NCBI GenBank assembly: GCA_020137815.1
Contig: CM035362.1
Span: 5,146,001 to 5,210,000 of the forward strand
DNA length: 64,000 bases
Reading direction: 5' to 3'
From: Hormiphora californensis
Taxonomy: Eukaryota; Animalia; Ctenophora
The first letter of the stretch is position 1. Every line of letters begins with the position of its first letter. Shown one piece after another: positions 58,068 through 64,000 of this stretch. The position numbers and the translations under genes are program-made. The notes below the pieces were generated by a model. The model saw only the letters and a list, made by a program, of their open reading frames with translations. It made no database searches and was not told the origin of the DNA.

Positions 58068-58298
58068 TAACTTCATGTTTTAATGGAACATGTGGCACAC
58101 CCACAGAGATAATATTATGTCATGTGTTTCGTGGGACAAATAATGCTTGACACGCCCACCCGGCGTGTCTCACTTCCCCTTTTTCACGTGCTTGTGTAAT
58201 TCCAAAAAGGCTTTAAATTTACAGGAAACAGGAAACTAGGAGACTAACTAACAAACTATATTCCAGATGATTCGGTCGGTTCCTGATTTACCGAACCC

Positions 58299-58407
58299 CA
58301 GGAACCGACCGAATCAGGAAATACTGGTCCCCGATTGACTGATAACCAGTCACGTGACCTAAATAACGAGTTCTGATTGGTTTTTTACTTGTTTCGGTCG
58401 GTTCCTG
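58299..58407. mobile_element. 109-bp hAT-type MITE copy
   Basis: CAGGAACCGACC...GGTCGGTTCCTG; partial duplicate end at 58271-58298. Confidence 0.85.
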
Positions 58408-58554
58408 ATTTACCGAACCCTCACACTCTCACAGAGTGAGCCACGCAAATTCCTCTCATGTCCAGATTTAAAAAGTATCGGCAACACGCATCTCTCACAT
58501 GATATTATGTGGATAACTGCCAGCTTTCAGTGAACAATTCCATCTTATATATAG

Positions 58555-58663
58555 CAGGAACCGACCGAAACAAGTAAACAACCAATCATAACTCGTTATT
58601 TAGGTCACGTGACTGGTTATCAGCCAATCAGGGACCAGTAGTTCCTGGTTTGGTCGGTTCCTG
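58555..58663. mobile_element. 109-bp hAT-type MITE copy (opposite orientation)
   Basis: Same TIRs; TSD not evident. Confidence 0.85.
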
Positions 58664-59124
58664 GTTAGAACAAACCTCTTCATTTCCCTGGCGCTGGTAT
58701 CTCTAAACTTCTTTCCCGACACAACTCCGGCCACATTAAATAGGTAGGACACCCGGCCAACGTCTTGTAACGTCTGTAAAAGAAGTGTTAGGGATGTTTT
58801 GGAAGTTCGGGATCGTCTTCCCTTCACTAAAGGATGAATGTTCATTCGCTCAAACTGCTGTTTACGAAATGATCTTCTTCTAACGAAGATATTATATAAC
58901 CGCTCAAGAGAGCAAGGGATCCCACTTGGTAATGAAATTACCCCTCCGCGAAAGCTCATATATATACATGCAATATATATGCAATATAATGGGGTAACCA
59001 GGGATCCCACGCAGGAATGGCCCTGGCATCTCAGTTATCCCTTAAGGGGTAACTGCTCAATAGAGCAAGGAAGGAGTCAACTGCCAGCTGAGCTGCCAGC
59101 TCAATCTGCAAATAGTTTGAACAT

Positions 59125-59437
59125 TGACGTCACAATGTGATCAGTGACGTCACAATGTGATCAGTGACGTCACAATGTGATCAGTGACGTCACAATGTGA
59201 TCAGTGACGTCACAATGTGATCAGTGACGTCACAATGTGATCAGTGACGTCACAATGTGATCAGTGACGTCACAATGTGATCAGTGACGTCACAATGTGA
59301 TCAGTGACACACAATGTGATCAGTGACGTCACAATGTGATCAGTGAGGTCACAATGTGATCAGTGACGTCACAATGTGATCAGTGAGGTCACAATGTGAT
59401 CAGTGACGTCACAATGTGATCAGTGACGTCACAATGT
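59125..59437. repeat. 20-bp tandem repeat TGACGTCACAATGTGATCAG
   Basis: About 15 copies, most containing a CRE palindrome. Confidence 0.95.
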
Positions 59438-59807
59438 GTGTATCACCACATGATCCTGTGTTACATTACCTTTTCATGTAGTTTAGTGACTTCATCATAA
59501 TCTGAAATATCACATCTGTAACCGTGCGCCCGACCTCCAGCTGTTATGATATCTTTCACTGTGTGGGGGTGGGTGTTAGGCAAGGGAGTGGGTGTTGGTG
59601 GGTGTTAGGCAAGGGAGTGGGGGTGTCAGGACTCAGGGGTGCAGTGTGAGGGTGGTAGAGGAGGGGGGTGTGTCAGTGGGGGATGGAGAGGTTTTCAGGG
59701 ATCGGGAGTGTCATGTGAAACGGTGAACTCTATTAGTGAACTGAGACAATTGGTCAACTGGGAGAATTGGTAAGAGTAAAAGATTGAGAGAATTGTGTGA
59801 CCAACCC

Positions 59808-59960
59808 CCCTAACATATATCTGTCTGGCCTCCCTAACATACCTGTCTGGCCACCCTAGCATACCTGTCTGGCCTCCCTAACATACCTGTCTGGCCTCCC
59901 TAACATACCTGTCTGGCTACCCTAACATATCTGTCTGACCGCCCTAACATACCTGTCTGT
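59808..59960. repeat. ~22-bp tandem repeat CCCTAACATACCTGTCTGGCCT
   Basis: Direct inspection. Confidence 0.85.
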
Positions 59961-60539
59961 TCGTTTGCTTCCCCATTGATATCGACACACACAATGATAT
60001 TACCCATAGCAGCCATCTTAAGCGCCAGATCTCGTCCTATTCCACTGCCTGTGTGAAGGATTTTTTTTTTAAATTTATTTTTTTTAATTGGAGTTATTCT
60101 GCAGCTGTGTGTGATGGATTGTTATGTTCTAACACTCCCTTTACACTTGTGTTTCGGGGGCGGGGCGCAGCATCTCTTTTTGGGGAGAGAGGACAGCGCA
60201 GGAGGGAGAGAAGAAGAGGGGATATCATGCCCAAGATGGATTGTTGGTAATGAAATTACCCCTCGTGCTAGTAAGGCACGTTTTAGCGTGCCCGCAAGTT
60301 AGGGGTAATTTTGTTACCAAGATGGATTGGATTCTGCCTGTGTGATGGATTTGAATTATTCAATTATATCATGCATTATGCAACCCTCGTAATTATCTGC
60401 AAACTTGTTTTTCTGTAACTCAATTTTCACTCCATATATTTTATTCATGTAAGGCGGGAATATTATGTCACTAAAGTACTGCAGTTCATGTATACCAGGC
60501 ATTGACCCCTTAGTCCTTGAATATATGCATGTGTTGAAG

Positions 60540-60648
60540 CAGGAACCGACCGAATCAGGAAATACTGGTCCCTGATTGGCTGATGACCAGTCACGTGACC
60601 TAAATACTGAGTTCTTATTGGTTGTTTACTTGTTTCGGTCGGTTCCTG
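60540..60648. mobile_element. 109-bp hAT-type MITE copy
   Basis: TIRs with 8-bp TSD TGTTGAAG (60532-60539, 60649-60656). Confidence 0.92.
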
Positions 60649-63334
60649 TGTTGAAGGTACAGAAAATGGGAAGGGTGGAGAGATAGGCCCAGATAAGAAA
60701 TAAACTTGTATTATATATTCACCCCTTTGTTATCTTGATTGCATTTTCTCTTCTTAAGAAGAATATATCGCACGATTCGTTAAATCACCTCACAGCACTT
60801 TAAAGTGCAAGCTTACGAGCAATAAGGTCACGCCGCAAGCCTAACATGCACGGAAGGGAAGTCGAACTGCCAGTTCACAAGGTGAAGAAAAAGAGCGGGA
60901 AATAGCATATAATGCTTGTGATGTCCTAACCCTCCGGAGCGCACGGAAGAGGGTCGTAATCAATGCATGAATAATAACCAGCCACACAGTTGACACTTAA
61001 CCAAGAAGGCAATGTATCGATAATTTATCTACTCAGGTTTTGAGTTCGACTAGAGCCAGGGGATGTAAAATGTAGCTCTAATGATACACAAGTTGCTAAA
61101 TCAGCTAGCAATATATTACCTGTTCCAGTGATGAGAATAGTCTCATTACAAATCTCCTTGCTTCTCCTGCTCACGAACAAATACATGAACTCCCAGAAGA
61201 ACTCGTAAAATCCAACCTGGTAACAAATAGAGAATTAAAGCCACTACAGGCATATATAAGTAATCGCAGAATGTGAATCAGTTTCGTGACAGAGACTGTG
61301 AAGAAAGGTGACACATCTCACTATATCGGAGAAAGAGACCAGAACAAGTTTTTACCTTGTAAAGGAACGTAGACATCCTTCAGAAAGGTGAAACACGCTG
61401 CTATGAAACTTTTAATACACATCCTGCAAGGAAGGTTACTATTTCGTTATACAATCTGAGAATGACACAACGTTGTAAAATGCATTGAAAGTTGACTTGT
61501 TCGCAATGTCAGCACTATGGTTGGAAACTTGCCGTTACCGCTGTACCTGGAACCTAAAACTCCTCAATCAACGTAACATTTAATATGTTAAAAAGGGAAA
61601 TAGAGTAACTATTAAACTCAACACTGACTAACTGGGCTCGATCGACTATCGGTAATCGGTTAGCAAAAATATGCAAAGATGTAAAAAAACAAAAATTACT
61701 AGGCCTCTGGCCTGAAAGGGAACTTAGCACCTCAGTTCAAGAACCGTCAGGAGAAACATAACTGACAAAGCTTAGATTCAGTCCCCAGACCTGAGTACGG
61801 GTTGGCGATTTTTGGCCAACATGGAACAATCTGTTTTCATGCGATTACATTTTAAAAGCAGTTCACGCTTCCCCTCAAGTCTCAAAGTTACTCAGGGTTG
61901 GCGCGGAGGCCTGGGCATCCGGCCCAGGTTCTAGCAATTAGGCATTTGGTGTCCGGGGCCAGGGTTGATTATCCCGGTCAGGCCTCAGGGGGTGTGAGCA
62001 GTTGGGGTGAAACCCAGGGACCATCCACAGGGGGTTAGGGGGAGGAAGCAAGGAACGTTAACTGGAAGAACACAGGCGGATAAGTTGGCAAAGTGCAAAC
62101 GTTGCTGGCCCCCAGCGTGGGATAAGGCAGCGCTTTTCAAGCGGATAAGTTTTAATACTTTTTGTTTGGCAAACGTTGCTGGCCCCCGATAGGATAAGGC
62201 AGCGCTTTGGCAAACGTTGCTGGCCCCCGCCCCCCGGGATAAGGCAGCGCTTTTCAAACTTTTTGGGGTTTGGTTTTGTTCGGAAAACGTTAAAATCTGG
62301 GTGCCTTTCATTGCTAACAATTCGTAGTTTTAGCGCGCGCGACGGGTTAGGGCTATCCGTTAGGGTCTGGTTAGGGTTTGGTTTGGGGTTATCGGTTAGG
62401 GCTATCGATTCTCTATCAGTTACCGTTTAGTTTACTCAAATTGGCCATGTGGTTGCGTGGCTATAGCCGTTTGAAAAAAGTCGGTCTAAGTGTACTCTTT
62501 TGGTAGCGCGCACCTGTAAACACGCTGCAAGGCACCCAGATTAAAGTCCATTTTTATTCAACTGTTCACCCCTCAACTCGTGTTGGTAACGAAGTTACCC
62601 CTCCCTTGCCGGCGCGGCGTGCGAAGCACGCCAAACGAAGGCCGCGAAGCGGCCTGAGTAGGGGTAACAAACCCGCTTTGATTCACTTCAAAAATTAATA
62701 GCTCCTCAACCACTCAATGAAAATGCACCAAATTTTGGTATTCCCCACCAAATTGTCTGAAAATTATAATTCTGTACTCATATTTAAAAAATTATCCCCG
62801 GAACCTTGGTTTTGAAATCAGTTTTAGGTGTTAATGATGAAAAAAATTTTTGAAAAAGTAGGTCAGGTATGCTTAACATCATATCAAAGATCGTGGCAAA
62901 GTTTGAAGTTTCTATCTTGAAAGGTCTGGCCATCAAAATTAAAAAGGTCTTGAAGTTGAACCATTTGTACAAAACATGTTGTAACTCAGCTTCTACTTTG
63001 CCAAATTAAACCTGGTTTGAAACACTGAACTGCTAATCTATCCCTCCGAATACGGACGAAGTTTGAAACCGCCAGCTCTATTGGCCGCTCTGCAATACTT
63101 GTTTGTGTCAAAGAAATCAGGAAAGTAACGAGATTTGGTCTCGGTGTGGCCCTGTGCGCGGCTCAAACCCCTTAGCTAGAACTATGTAGTGTAGACTACA
63201 ACTTTTCAGTGCTCAGTATAACGTTTTGGGCGCGTTGTGAAAATAGGGGAAGCCCTTCTGATACCTCTAAACAGAGTGTGAGGTGTCTTCGATACCAACA
63301 ACTCGTGCGCGTACGATATTTTAATTTACGCTGC

Positions 63335-63990
63335 GCGCGCTACACGTTAACATGTGATAAACGCGCAAAACAATTCCGCGCACGACTTTGGGGGGTGAAC
63401 AGTTGAAAAAAAATGGAGTATATGCACTCAGCACTGTGTCAGTCAAGACAAATGTGAAAAATCAAAATTGTTTTACAAATTTTGAAAATTTTGAAATTTA
63501 AAAAAATCGCATGTTCTCCTGATCTTCGTAAAATGCGCTTTTGGGTTATGTAACGCGCCTTTATGTCTTAGTATGCGCTGCAGGCCCGCTTGCGCGCGTT
63601 TTACTTGGCTTTTTGGATTTTTTTCAGCGGAACGCGAACAAAACGGGCGCGATTATATATTTTTTTACTCCATTTTTTTTCAACTGTTCACCCCCCAAAG
63701 TCGTGCGCGGAATTGTTTTGCGCGTCTATTACATGTTAACGTGTAGCGCGCGCCACAAAAATTCTAAATTTCACTGAAATTTCGATTTTGGGTGAACAGT
63801 TGAAAAAAAATGGACTTTACTCTGTAGGTCCATTAAGCAAGGGACCTGTAAAGTCTTTTTTTTGAACTATTCACCCAAAAGCTGAAATTGAGAATTTTTG
63901 TGGCACGCGCTACACGTTAACATGTGATAAACACGCAAAACAATTCCGTGCACGACTTTGGGGGGTGAACAGTTGAAAAAAATGGCGTAT
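63335..63990. repeat. Inverted/direct repeat cluster (foldback-like)
   Basis: ~85-bp unit CGCGCTACACGTTAAC...TGAACAGTTGAAAAAAAATGG at ~63335-63420, inverted at ~63665-63752 and direct at ~63905-63985. Confidence 0.75.
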
Positions 63991-64000
63991 AGAGCTTGTC

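Noticed and set aside
60780-61560. Possible decayed minus-strand gene
   Set aside because: No consistent open exon chain could be built

Overview
Repeat-rich eukaryotic (animal) genomic DNA. The ubiquitous 109-bp CAGGAACCGACC MITE, which translates as ...KQPIRTRYLGHVTGYQPIRD..., suggests a ctenophore such as Pleurobrachia; this is from memory and unverified. From left to right the window holds: the 3' exons of PIBF1; two large foldback elements; a 9.2-kb LTR element with no recognisable pol but a bZIP-like ORF; and a tightly packed tandem array of C2H2 zinc-finger genes. The fifth ZF copy is fused in frame to a multi-exon hAT transposase. An intron of that chimera carries a complete 17.4-kb Maverick/Polinton (32925-50355; ~630-bp TIRs starting AGTAGT; 6-bp TSD ATCATG) encoding pPolB, integrase, ATPase, major capsid, two pentons and a protease. 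This Maverick is unusual in four ways. (1) Its pPolB is split by three GT-AG introns. (2) It has a hidden 3-exon SSB-like gene. (3) It encodes a tRNA-Leu-derived, VA-RNA-like Pol III small RNA. (4) It has a MITE-interrupted membrane glycoprotein gene. Further right are a small element whose interior is the inverted copy of its own circle junction (DIRS ICR-like), a sixth ZF gene, an N gap, a truncated CR1/L2-type LINE and several satellites. All calls were made by eye, with no database searches.
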